Source: Azolla caroliniana | Taxonomy: Eukaryota; Plantae; Polypodiophyta | Direction: 5' to 3' | Assembly (NCBI GenBank): GCA_043228905.1 | Contig: JBHGNT010000022.1 | Location: 6,324,001 to 6,388,000, forward strand | Length of the DNA: 64,000 bases | In this document: in pieces, positions 49,432 to 61,635 of the stretch | Position numbering within the stretch: the first letter of the stretch is position 1 | Layout: every line of letters begins with the position of its first letter | Position numbers and translations under genes: made by a program | The notes under the pieces: model-generated | Database searches by the model: none | The model's input: only the letters and a program-made list of their open reading frames with translations | What the model was told of the DNA's origin: nothing

Positions 49432-49827
49432 CACTATTACGTGCTCTCTCTTCTTCTTGCACCAACAAGGAAAAATGACAACAACAGTTACTAAAAGTTT
49501 GCCCTAAGTCATATTTATACTAATATGACTTTTCGGCTATTTACAAATGTAGCCTCGATGGGCTCTCAGAAACATATTTACGAATATGTCTCTTCATCCG
49601 GTTCTCACCGGGTCTATACCATCCGGCTCTCCGTAGCCGGGTATTCCTTATCCGGTCTTCACCGAGTCTGTATCATCCGGCTCTCCGTAGCCGGGTACTC
49701 CTCATCCGGTTCATACCGGGCCTGCGCCATCCGGCTCTCCGTAGTCAGGTCCTCCTCATACGGTTTCTCCCTTCCCATCCGGAGGGACCTATTTCCCAAC
49801 AGTTGCTGACATTCTTACGAAGGGACT
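47399..49827 (+). mobile_element. AT-rich Copia pol fragment F (INT, RT with internal deletion, RNase H), hit by two insertions
   Basis: IHVPIEVRSKLDPKAEKCVFV; KARLVAKGYAQ; HHMD fused to EINKL (YVDD region deleted); FHARTKHIEV; resumes as VADILTKG at 49802. Confidence 0.85.
49120..49801 (-). mobile_element. Tork-like solo LTR (682 bp), TSD GTTGT/GTTGC
   Basis: TGTTGGGAAATAGGTCCCTCCGGATGGGA...CTCGACA; GGGTTTTCCACGTAAA motif; three 54-bp U3 repeats; host RNase H is rejoined across it. Confidence 0.88.
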
Positions 49828-50875
49828 TGTTGAGCAAGCAAGCTCAACTGGATCCGGATCGGCTAAATAAGCCAGAGCCGGATCAGTGTCTGGATGATAT
49901 CCGAAACCAGGAGTCAGATCAGAGACCTGGATCAGATTGAAACCGGTAGGCCGTTAGAGGCCTACCGATCCAGCCTAGTACGTAGGGATATTTTTGGGAG
50001 TCAATGACAGTCGCTCGTGTGAGCATTGAAGTACCTATCGGTACTTCTGTCAGTCCTTGATGAACTTGTATAAAAGTGCTCTCCGAGCACATTCTATGTA
50101 TAGAGTTACAGAGTGTTATTTTTTAATAGAGTTTTACGTTCTGCTCTCTCTCTCTCTCTCCTATGTATGTTTATTCTCTATGTTAAGCTTCCATTAAACC
50201 TTCTTCTCTTTACTGTTACTATCCAGCAGAGCCAGTTTGGCATACGCTTCCGCACGCTAACTTTCACATGGTATTAGAGTGCGAGGGTTGAGAACCTTTG
50301 CAGCTGATGAGCGACTAGTGAAAACAAACCCTAACACCCGGTGAAGAACAGAAGAGAACCTAAAATGGACAAAGGAATGGCAAGTTCACTTCCGACAAAA
50401 AAGCTCAACCGGAGCAACTATGCATCATGGTCATGTAAAATGCACCAGTACCTGCTGGGGCATGGATATTGGAGCTATGTGGAAGGAACCAACGAGGTAG
50501 CACCGGAGCTGGCACACAAAGATTTCCCGGCATGGGAGCAAGGAGCGAGCCAAGTATTGTATTGCCTCGCATCCAATGTGCACGATCATATGCTCGGTTA
50601 CATCAAGGATGCAAAAACTCCAAAGGAGGCTTGGGAAAATCTTCGGAAGATTTTCGCCGCGAGTACCACAACCCGTAAGTTGCAGCTCCTATCGGAGCTG
50701 AACAACATGCGGCAAAGAGATATGTCAGTTACGAACTACACCACTAAGATAAAGGAGATTTGTGACGCGCTCAGGTCCATCAATGTGATGGTGGACAAAG
50801 ACGAGATAGTCTAGATCTGTCTCGGTGGTCTAGCACAACGGTACGGGCCAATCCAGACGACAATTTGCACCCGGG
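49828..50875 (+). mobile_element. Copia element H (A/B family): 5' LTR 49828-50268, PBS, truncated gag
   Basis: TGTTGA...TTTCACA; PBS TGGTATTAGAG from 50269; gag MDKGMASSLPTKKLNRSNYASW, nearly the same as B. Confidence 0.88.
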
Positions 50876-52012
50876 ATGACCCTAGCGAAGCTGTTCAATC
50901 GTCTCTCTTCAGGGATGTTCCTCATGAGCATCTCAGCCTTATAGGCCTCCAAATAACTCGTGACATCCTTCCCACTAAATCATCCTGATGTGTCGACTAT
51001 AGTTTCCATGGCCTTGTCGAGGCCAACGGAGCTCTTTCGAGCATTCAACAGGTGGTCAACGGCCACGACCATCGCCTCGGCCAACTCACTGCCTCTCATC
51101 GTGGAACTCCTTTTCCAACCTATTCACGTCGGGTTCACCAAATATGTCGCGGATATCGCAGCTTGTGGGGTGGCTCGAGCGGGACCACCGGGGTCTCGGA
51201 CCAAGGAGATTAAGAATGGGCAGTCATTGAGATTTGCAACGATAGATCCGATCCGGTTACCAGAGGTCGGATATCAAGCACACGGGCTCGTTGGACTATA
51301 GTCCATCTGGCCCTGTCGCCGGATTCCGAGAGTTGAGCACACGGGCATGCCGGAACAAATAGGAAAGTGCAAAACAGAGAAGGGAGGAACGATACCTCCC
51401 CGAACACCACAGACAAGTTAAGAATATTGACACGATTGAGAGAGAGACAAGCAAGCACCTCAAAGAGAGTAGTTGAATACAACAATTCCAAATAATCGAT
51501 TAAAACAGAGAAGAATACAAAAGATGGCCTTAGGCCAGCTAGCTGAGCTTCGGCCTCAGTACACTTACACACACACACAAGTGAGCCTCTGGTCAAGAGC
51601 ACTCGGGCTTCCGATGCAAGCAAAGGCCTCATGCCACCGATCCAAACAAGAAGAATAGAAACCTTGAAGCGTTCGAGATCCCAATCTGGCAGCACTTTCC
51701 CCTCTAAAATGACTGATCCCCAAAATAGACTTCCTTCCTTTTATAGCTCCAAGGAGAGGGAGGGTTGATGTTACATCAATGGTAATGACAACCTTTTTTG
51801 TCAAAGATTCTCCCACGATTTTCTTCCATCACACACTATTATTCCCCTCTTTTTGTGGGATCATACCTATTAAAATACATTGCCTTGTACTTATTAATAA
51901 TTCGATATTTACATTTGTATGTACATAAGATCCTTTTTATGTGCATCCGTGCACACCCTGGCTCACACGCATTCAATGGACTTTCTCCTAGTTGTCGGAA
52001 TCCTCCACGACA
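50876..52012 (-). mobile_element. Gypsy-like 5' end: LTR 51314-52012 and gag N-terminal remnant
   Basis: Inverted termini TGTCGTGGAGGATTCC / GGAATCCGGCGACA; TATA-like CTATAAAAGG; gag-like FSGKDVTSYLEAYKAEMLMRNIPEE. Confidence 0.6.
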
Positions 52013-52625
52013 ACGTGTTTCCGAACAAACTCTCCCTTCACTCTAGCATGGGATGCTTCGTCAATACGACTAGTCTCTAACACACGTCCAACTATTCTGC
52101 CGACAACACCTTTGTCAGCATGTCCAATCCGTTCTCCGTTATGTGGATCTTAATCAGAGCAAACTCCATTTCTTCTACCCTCTCTTAGAGTCAATGGTAT
52201 CTCATCTGGATGTGCTTGGTCCTTGCGTGGTAAGAGGCATTCTTCGCAAGGTGGATGGCACTCTGATTGTCGCAGAGAGTCGGAATTCCTCTTACTGAAC
52301 TCCCAACTCTCCAATGAATTCCTTCATCCAGATTATCTCCTTGTCGGCTTCTACAGCAGCCATGTACTCCGCTTCCAGGGTTGATAACACCCTGGCCTTC
52401 TGCAGCCTCAACTGCCATGAGATGCCTCCCCCTGCATAAGTCATTACAAATCTGGACGTGGACCAACTGGTATCCACATCAGCCGACATGTCTAAATCAA
52501 TAGAACCTTCTAACAAAGGGTTACCTAAGCCGAATCGGAGGCACATGCCCAAGGTGCCTCTCAAGTATTGAAGTATCCACTTTACTGCAGCCCAATGCTC
52601 TCTACCCGGATTGCTCATGAATCTT
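52013..52625 (-). mobile_element. Tork-like Copia RNase H fragment G with PPT and the first 15 bp of its 3' LTR
   Basis: RFMSNPGREHWAAVKWIL; EAEYMAAVEA; CDNQSAIHLAKN; PPT GAGTGAAGGGAGAG followed by TGTTCGGAAACACGT. Confidence 0.85.
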
Positions 52626-53733
52626 GTGAACAACTTATCATCTAGCTTTATATTCATCACATGGAGGTGAAGATTAACCAAATACCATGGTAGTTGTTCA
52701 AAGCAAGTGAATGTAAGTAACAAGTCCTTGTTTAATCCTTCTTCAACGTAGACACATTTATGCCCCCTTTCCCATCATCACCAAATAGATGCCTTCATTT
52801 GACAACAAAACTTTAAAACTTTAGAGTGAGGTACATCTTTGTTGAGAATCATAACTCTCTTTATCAACAATTGAAAATAAAGGTAAGCAAAAGTAAGCAC
52901 TACCATATTGGCTTTTGTCGATAAAAGTAAAGGGCATGGTTTGGAAGGTGGGCATTCACGAAGGTTCAAACTTCAAATGTAGTAGCTTGGGGAGTTTCAT
53001 TGCCTAAAAATGTAAAATTTGTATCTAAAGAGATGGAACCCTTTTGCCGACAACAAATTATTGGAGATTTTAAATGTCACCAAAACCTTGAAGCATGCAT
53101 TTTCATTCATTAGTGTCATTCCATGTGTAAATAAATATTCTTCCATAAGAATCCCTCTCCACCTCTCTTTTTTAAAAACTAAAAGTATTCATGGGAAATG
53201 GAATCGATACAAACATATCAAAACTGATGTAATATTTGTCGATATAAAATTCCAACAACACAATTATGACTCTTTCTTTCTTTCTTTACGGTAACAGGCA
53301 AATTCCAAATGCAGCAAAGGATAAAAATAAAATAAAAACACGCATTCTAGTTTAGGAAGTGCCAGAAACCTACAAACGATTCCATGCTAGTTGTGATAAC
53401 TTGCAACAATGATCTGACATTGGTTAAACGCACACCCTTATTTAGTTCAGAAAATGTACTTGTTTATACAAATATATAGCGCACTATTGGGTTGCAACAC
53501 TGATCATGTTAAAAAGCAAACGCCTGATTATTTGCCTAGCTGTTCACGTGCTCGCCCTGTATGCAGGAGATTGGGAGCGCTCTGCAAAACCTTGTTGACT
53601 ATCTCCCTTTCAAACTGAGGCACTTATTCACAACTAGACACCCAGATAAACTTTACAACAATTGAAAACCCACATCACCAGTATAGTGCTCTTAAGCAAA
53701 TGGTTAGGCAGAGCATATGATACATGATAGATT

Positions 53734-56700
53734 CTACAAGGGGCTTGATTCAGCATTAAAATTCACCGCAGGTACTTGCAAAACTGGATCTGTCGGAAGG
53801 ATCTGACACTGAGCATATTGTTGTAGGAGTTGATCCACAAGTACCAGAGCAACCATTGCTTCAACCATCGGAACAGCTGCCATATATATATAAACGATAA
53901 GAAAACAGAAAAACACAAAATGCTTGCAAAATTTCTTTTACCAAAAGAGAAGCAACTCAAATGAACCTCTAGGGACAACACATGGATCATGTCGTCCTCG
54001 AGCTCGTAAATCTGTCTCACTCTTCTCTCTTGTAACAGTTTTTTGGGACTTCTGCGAGAAGAGAAGAAAATAAACAATTATAAAAGCACTGCATTCGTCA
54101 TAAAACGCTCACTAAACAAATATAGATGCTGATGAAAGAGACCGTGATAGTTGAAGTTGGCTTAAAAGCCACTCTCATGTAAATAGTCTCCCCATTGGAA
54201 ATACCCCCCTGATTACACATACATTTACAATGTTGATTACCAATTTAAAAAGGAGAAATACAGAGTCAGGAATAAGATCATTATACATATACATAATGTT
54301 ACCTGAATTCCACCTGAACGATTTGTGCGAGTCCGAACATTCCCAGCCTCATCAATAAAGAACTCATCATTGTGTTCACTTCCTTTAAGTAGAGAGCCTA
54401 ACACAAAACATAACAAGTTACTTTCTTCCCCCATATATACCTGAAAATATTCATCACATTTTCCGTGCTCCTGATTACATCTATTTTACCATCAAATCCA
54501 CTGCCCACTTCAAAACCTTTTGTTGCAGGCAATGACATTAGAGCCTTGGCTAGTTCTGCTTCTAGCTTGTCAAATACTGGAGAACCCAATCCCTGTCAAG
54601 TTTCCATCATTTCCCATAAGCTGGAATTTACCAATAGTATTGTGTGTGTACAATGAAGAATCCAAAAGAGGAATTACCCGTGGGACATTGCGTGCAATGC
54701 AGGTCACAATTCCTCCAACTGAGTCGCCTTTTACACGAACTTTGTCTATGGCCTCAATCATCTTCTCAGCCATAATAGGATTCGGGCACCTCACAATATT
54801 CGATTCAATCTACGAAAGAAAAAGTAGGCATCATATATATTCTTGAGCTTTGTAAGCATAAATATTTGTTATAAATAAATGCATAGTCCACATTGCCATT
54901 ACTTCATCCATGGATAGTTTTTCATAATCAACTGCATCTTCTGGCAGTTCTACATCATGAACCCTTGATACATAAGCAAGAACCTAAAAAACCAGAAGCT
55001 TTGTGTCAATACACAAGAGATTCAAAGAGATCAAGTCATAAAAAGGTAAGTCCAAAACTTGACCTCTGTTCCACACAACTTTTTTAAAATCTTTTTAGCC
55101 ACGGCTCCTGCTGCCACTCGTCCAATGGTCTCTCTAGCAGAAGACCTACCACCACCCTGTTTTCAAACAATATCCCATAAATGTAACTGTTATGTTGTAA
55201 GGACTAAATGTATCGCATTTTGGAAAAATATGAAAATCTTCACCTGAATAGCTCGAATCCCATATTTAAAGTCATATGTAGCATCAGCATGCGATGGTCT
55301 ATATGCAACTGATATCTCTTTGTAATCCTAAAACAAGCTACATGATTAAATCAATGACAACATTTCCTCCCCTGGAAGAAATTTCTGACCTTATAGAGAG
55401 GGATATAAAAACAAACTAACCCCTCCCCTTTGGTCTGTATTTGGCACCAGAACAGCAATAGGAGTTCCTAATGTCAAACCTGTATAAAAAGAAAGGACAC
55501 CTTAAGACCAATGATAGTGGAATCTGGAGAGCAGAATGAGGATGAAACAAACCTTCTGAAACACCAGATAGGATGGAACAAGTATCGGTTTCCTTGCGTG
55601 GAGTAGTTATGCGGCTCTGGCCTGGCCTCCTATCATCGCCCAGTTATAATTAATGAGCTTTCTTTAGACTATTTAGCTTATCACATGTGGATATTGCAGT
55701 TAAAGCTACAGCTTTTTACAAGAATGGAACACAGTGAAAGAACATGCTCCATTTAAGCTTTATACTGAACCATAGTTTTAAGAAGAAAGATCATCAGACT
55801 TGTAGAAGATTATAAAAAAATGCAACCTTCTATCAAGCTCGAATTGCATATCTTCTGCAGAGAGAGGAAGTCTGGGAGGAACCCCATCAATGATGCATCC
55901 GACACCTCCACCATGTGATTCGCCAAATGTTGTGACCCTAAACGAGTTTCCGAATGTGTTTCCAACACCAGCACAAATATCTGATAACAGAAAGCAATCA
56001 TTTTTCCTGTAAGCTCATGTTCAGATAAAGTAATATCAAAACAGAGGGACAAAGAAGGTATATGTAAAACATAAATTACAAGCTTATAATAAACCAAAAA
56101 AGCAGTTTCCACTCGTAATATAAAAGATGCATGGAATGTGGTCACTTCACTTATGACACCGCAATGTGATAAAATAATGAACTAATGTAACAAAATACTC
56201 AAGGATTACAACATCATGTTCGACTCAATCACAATGAGAATTCAAAGATACCATTGATATGAGATTCACCATCATGATCGTGAGAAGTAATAGATGAGAG
56301 TATGAAATTCATCGTCATTGAATTTCATAGATGTAACTATGAAATTCACCATCATCATAAAAACCAGAACAATAAAATTCTTCATCGTAATGAGAAAACA
56401 TAGATGTAACTTTGGAATTCATCATAAACATGAGAATTCAAGCCATTTTTGCATCTCTTGCAATCATCTGGAATTCAATATTTCTCTTTGATGTGTCTAT
56501 TGAACTTTCCCAGAACATGTTTCCTGACATCCATTTTAGTAAATGCACCAATCAACCACAAGTCTCTGAAAGTTTGTCCAAGTAAACCTCAGCTTCTTAA
56601 AGGGGTCCTGTATATGCTCCCAATTTGTGCATAGAAAAACATTCATGAAAAGATTAATGAAGGTGCTATTGTACCGCTGATCTCTCAAAGAGACACTATC

Positions 56701-56994
56701 ATGAAATGACGTTATTTTTTTTATATAGATCCCATAGGTCATAGTTTAGTCGCCTCCTATGAGACTACAATACTACAATCATCATCATCATCTCTCTCTC
56801 ACGATCTGTGTCAGAGAATAACTACATGCAGTCTTACCGAGTCTCTTTCTAGTTCGAGTTTGCAGGAAATGAGATCCGTGGCGAACTGTGATGAATTTTT
56901 GGGCGGCGGAACGAAGGCCTGATCCATGGAGGTGGACCAAAGAAGAGATGCTGCGGCTGCTGTTGTTGCTGCCTAGAATGACAGAAGAGGCCAT
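53734..56994 (-). CDS. aroC: Chorismate synthase, plastid-targeted, 442 aa; exons 56994-56838, 55980-55827, 55629-55553, 55479-55421, 55327-55244, 55156-55064, 54983-54903, 54809-54678, 54592-54490, 54397-54303, 54208-54143, 54051-53967, 53876-53734
   Basis: Motifs [61 protein letters not shown]. All 12 introns are GT-AG and phase-compatible (1329 nt). Exon 1 is Ser-rich and transit-peptide-like. Confidence 0.97.
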
Positions 56995-57973
56995 GGAAGG
57001 TTCGGACAGCGTAGCAACAGAAAGTGAAGAAATGGATGTATGAGTCGTCTACTCGTTGCTCTCTGTTGCGACTGGTCAGAGTCAGAGTCCGAGTCAGAGT
57101 TCGAGTCAGAGTCAGTCACAGAGAGAAACAGCGAGCGAGAGAGAGAGAGTTAACCTTCAATAATTTAATAATATGGCCTTTCCAACAACAAGAATCAAGA
57201 TGAACAGTTTATGTTCGGAAAAGTCTATAGCCCCTACTCCAAATTTCTCTGCTTCTTATAATCCTAACCGGAAATTTATAAGTTTTAACCGACCACTTTC
57301 CTACAAGCAATAATCTCAACCGGAACATGTTGAAAATTTAAAGATTTAGCGCATACCAAATCAAGTAAATTGGTGACTACTTTGGACTAGCATAATCTAT
57401 ATGCATTCCATTTATAAGAAGGGGAAACATATATACACAATCCATGTATTCCAAATACAACAAGTAGATTAAAATACTTGGGATATATGGAAGATTACGA
57501 GGCAATAAAGGATCAAGCCTCCACTATGGATCTTCCAATCTATTAGAAAATAAAGAAGAAAGAGGAAGATTCACATTAGCCTACACGCACATGCAGTGAC
57601 ATTTAAATGTAAAAGAAATTCAGGGAACAAATCTATTGCAAACAATATTGAGGGAAAAGATCAAGGGAAAAAAATATAAAGAGAAGAAATTGTGCATGAA
57701 TTTCATGTTCACATTCAAAAGAGACTTATTCCATCCTTAGTGTCATTGTTATTGGTCTTAGATCACTCCAAGAACCTACAATATCCATGGATATGTGGAG
57801 AAGACATTCCGATTAGATAGACGACATTCTATGAACCAAATATGCTCTCCCTCCCCTACTTGCGTCAGCCTCTACAAAGATGAGGTAGCAACATAAAGAT
57901 GGTGAGATTTTATGTTGACGACATAATCTTGGTGTCTAAATCTCATGCATGTATACAATATCATCTCAATAAC

Positions 57974-58638
57974 CTACATGGATTTTATACCATTTTGATC
58001 TACATTGTTGTTATCCAATTTTTGCTTTATTAATGAAGTTTTCTCATCTTCAGAAAGATCTTCAGACATTTCCAAGGGAATCATAATAGAATTTCTTCCA
58101 TTTTGATTCGCATTATTGCAATCAAGTTTCACTTTACTTGTGGAAATTTGCGACAACAATGCTATAGTATCATCATAACGGCTTTTAGACAGGTCAGGGT
58201 TTATCATAGTAAAAGATATATTTTGATTTTCATTATTGCTATAGCACTCCATCTTGTTGGAGGTAATCTGATATGAAGATGTTTTCCCATCTTTGCCAAG
58301 ATTGTCAGTCATGTCAAATCTTATCATAGTAGTAGACTTTATGCCATTTTGATTTAAATTATGACAAACCAGATTCGTTTTGCTAGTGAAAAACTTAGAT
58401 GATAATAGTATTCTATATTCGTAGTGTCCTTTGGACATTTCTAAGGGAAACATAGTAGACTATCTACTATTGAGCTCCATCTTGCTTGAGAAACGTTGAG
58501 ATGATGAAAACCTTTTTCCATCGTCACAAGAGATTTTTCAACAAGGATTTCTAATGGTATCAAAGTAGAATTTCTATCATTATTATTTAGACTATTGCTA
58601 TCGTGCTTCATTTTCGTTGAGGAATTTTCATATTCCAT
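57974..58638 (-). pseudogene. Frameshifted ORF pair made of diverged repeats of about 40 aa; origin unknown
   Basis: Recurring N.NQNG..S.MIPLEMS-like motif across ORFs 58441-58638 and 57974-58453. Confidence 0.35.
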
Positions 58639-59153
58639 TTTAGTATAACTTACACACTAGATATTAGGTTTGTCTAAAATTGGAATAAACAAAATGGAAA
58701 CATTAATAGGATTACATTAATGAAATTATTAATAGGATTACATCTCATGAATATTCAAACTGAGAGAAACTGAGTGAAAACTAGATAGAGAATTACAAAG
58801 AAAGAAAAATAGGCAAGATACATACCTTAGAGCAGTGAGTAGGAGATGTTGCACAATCGGTGAACAGTGAGCAGAAGGAAATTGGATGACGGACACACGC
58901 GAAGAGGGAAAAAGAAGGGGGAAAGAGGGATTTCAATCTAAAGAAACATAAAAATGTTTTTCTTTTACCTTTTTTTACAAAACTATATAAATAGCCAGTT
59001 CAAAAAATATGAACTGGCTAGATTCTGGTATCGTGCCTTTCGGCGCCGGATCGTTGCGAGAGTCGGGTGAGAACCATTGAGATTATGGACTAGGAGGATG
59101 AGGAATTTGAGGCAAACAAGAATATAAGATTGAAAGAGAGAGATGTAGAAAAC

Positions 59154-60157
59154 TGTTAGGAATATGTCCCTTCTACGGGAGGAGCCGATTGGTTGGGCTG
59201 AGAGCCGACAGTCGATGACAAGGGGGAGTCGACAGTACAAAAGGTGATCCAAGTCGAAGACATGACCGACTAGTCGAGCTGACTGGACAGTCGACATAGG
59301 AGTCGGTTAGTTGATCAATCGACTTATTAACTAATACTATTATTAGTATAATAATAGGAATGATCATAGCATAAGCTACATTTATAAATAGCCCATTTAG
59401 TGTATATGTATAAATACACTTAGGGAAAACATATGATAATGGGTGTGTAGAGAGTGAGAACAGGAAGTAGAACATAACGAAGCGTTGTGCATAAAGTGTA
59501 AGAGAGTGGCACCATAGTTGAAACGGACTAGACGCCAAGAGCCCTGCATGGCTAATACACTCTGATTGAGAGACTGTTATATTGTGCTTAGACTAGTATA
59601 TTTTGGAACTATTGAAATCTCTGTTCTTGTGGTTTTTTCCCGTATAGGGTTTTCCACATAAATCTCTATGTATATTGTGTACTTTATTGTTTTTTGTTTT
59701 TCACACTATTGTGTATTTCACAGTCTGTCTGTCTCACGAATCATAGAGATCGAATCCAACAAACTGGTATCAGAGCTTGAGGTGAAAGCATAGAAGGAGG
59801 TGTGAGCGGCTTCCTAGGTATAATGTTTCTAAACTCACAGAACTATGCAGACTGGAAGATAAAGATGGAAGACCTTCTCATAGTCAACAACTTGTACGAG
59901 CCCATCGATAGAGCAGAAATACCCACGGGGGTATTAGAGTCTAAATGGAAACTTCTAAATAGAAAGGCGATGGCCACCATCAAACAATGCGTCAATGTGA
60001 GTGTCCTTCAGCACGTGGCTAACAACACAAATGCCTACGAGATGTGGCAAAAGCTGTTAGGTTTGTATGAGAGGAAGAACACCCTCAATAAAACATATTT
60101 GATGAGAAAGATTGTGAGGCTGAAATACAGGGATGGAGAAGGCATTGTGGAGCACGT
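59154..60157 (+). mobile_element. Tork-like Copia: 5' LTR 59154-59761, PBS 59765-59776, gag start; interrupted
   Basis: TGTTAGG...TCCAACA; TGGTATCAGAGC; gag LNSQNYADWKIKMEDLL. Confidence 0.88.
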
Positions 60158-61324
60158 TGTCGTGATGTTTTCGACACATAGTGCGAAACCACCCTCAAAA
60201 GAGAATAAAATAGTAGTTCAAATAAACTAATGTTGTGAAGTCAACTATTGCAATAAATGATGAAAGGATAAAAGCGGTTTTTCAAAAGTAGGAAAAAAGT
60301 AGAAAAAAAGTAAGAACAAAAAAAAAGCAAGGCATGGATATGAAGATCTAGGTAGAGAAAAAGGCGCATAACTTCTTCATCCGATATCTAAATTAAAAAC
60401 GAAAAGATTCATAAGTGTCATGATATGGCATGGTATGACTCCAAACAGATTTGAACTCATGACCTTGTGTTACAAGGGTTAAACCCTTACCATTAAACCA
60501 TGCATTGTAATACAAAGGATATTATTTTCATTTATTATTTCACTATAAGAAATTCATGTATATTCCAGATTGCTCTGGAACATTCTAGAAACTTCAAGAG
60601 TACTCTCGACAGTACTATAAATAGAGGCACATGGCATTATTCAGAACCAATTCAATTGAATGCCAGGCTTAAGCCTCCTAGCTATTCTTGTATCTTTCTT
60701 CAAATAATATAATATACTTCCTGTTGTCATCATTCTCTCTCTCTCTCTCTCTCTCTCCCCCTCCCCCTCTTGTGATTCTCACACACACTCTTTCCCTTCT
60801 TAATACTAATCCTCATTTTTCTCCTCTATCTTTAGAACTAATTCTCCTTGCCTTTAGTACTATCTCTAACAATTTAAACCGAATTTGCTCATCTTCTTAT
60901 CCCTCCTTCCCTTCATACTAATCTTCATATCCTTCCTTCCTCCAATACTAAATGGCAACTGTGAGCATTCATGAATACCAATCTTTCTTCTCGGAGCTCC
61001 AGTGCTTAAAGGAAAAGTTTTTAGCACTAGGAGTATAATAGAGTAGAACCAAGATGAGACTAAGAACTAGGAGAGAGAAAAAGAAAACGAACTTGACTTA
61101 TGAGTCCGTAACTGGTGTTGTTCACCTTGATTAGAATCAAGATGCACCTGAGTATTTATACAAGAAGGTAGAGGTATGTATGTTAGTTAGGAATAGAGAA
61201 TGCATGAAGATCCATGCAAGCTAGAAATAGAGAATGCATGTGTGCAAGCTAGGAAAAGAAAATGCATGTAAGCAAGCTAGGAATAGAGAATGCATGCAAG
61301 CTAGGAACTTCCAATGTTCAATCT
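60158..61324 (+). mobile_element. Putative Gypsy-like LTR inserted in the Copia gag and itself interrupted
   Basis: Abrupt start TGTCGTGATGTTTT within gag, matching the LTR start near 15834; TATA-like CTATAAATAG near 60615. Right boundary unknown. Confidence 0.5.
60431..60505 (-). other. Degenerate tRNA-like or SINE-head relic (Thr-UGU-like loop)
   Basis: TGGTTTAATGGTA (A box), CTTGTAA loop, AAGGTC, GAGTTCAAATC (B box), ends ACCA; stems pair poorly. Confidence 0.45.
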
Positions 61325-61571
61325 TGTTGAGAAACAAGTCCATCCGGATGAGAACCAGACGAGCCAGATCAGACGGGACGAAGGGAGGAACCGGACCGGA
61401 TGGATCCAGAACGAATCCGGCCGGATCCGGTATGAACCAACAAGTAGGAACATATTTGTAAATATGTTCAGATGTGACCGTTGAGGTCATATTAGTAAAT
61501 AGCCCATAAGTTATATAGTATAAATATACTTAGGGAAAATAGTTGTTATTATTGTAGTTGTTATTGTTGTA

Positions 61572-61635
<64 letters not shown>

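Noticed and set aside
53734-56994. Horizontally acquired or clustered shikimate-pathway gene
   Set aside because: Ordinary 13-exon plant gene with a transit peptide; no other pathway genes in the window.
60431-60505. Functional tRNA-Thr gene
   Set aside because: Acceptor and anticodon stems do not pair properly; kept only as a relic.
61186-61310. CRISPR-like repeat array (also considered 49595-49757 and 22604-23210)
   Set aside because: No unique spacers, no cas genes, and a eukaryotic TE context; these are plain tandem repeats.
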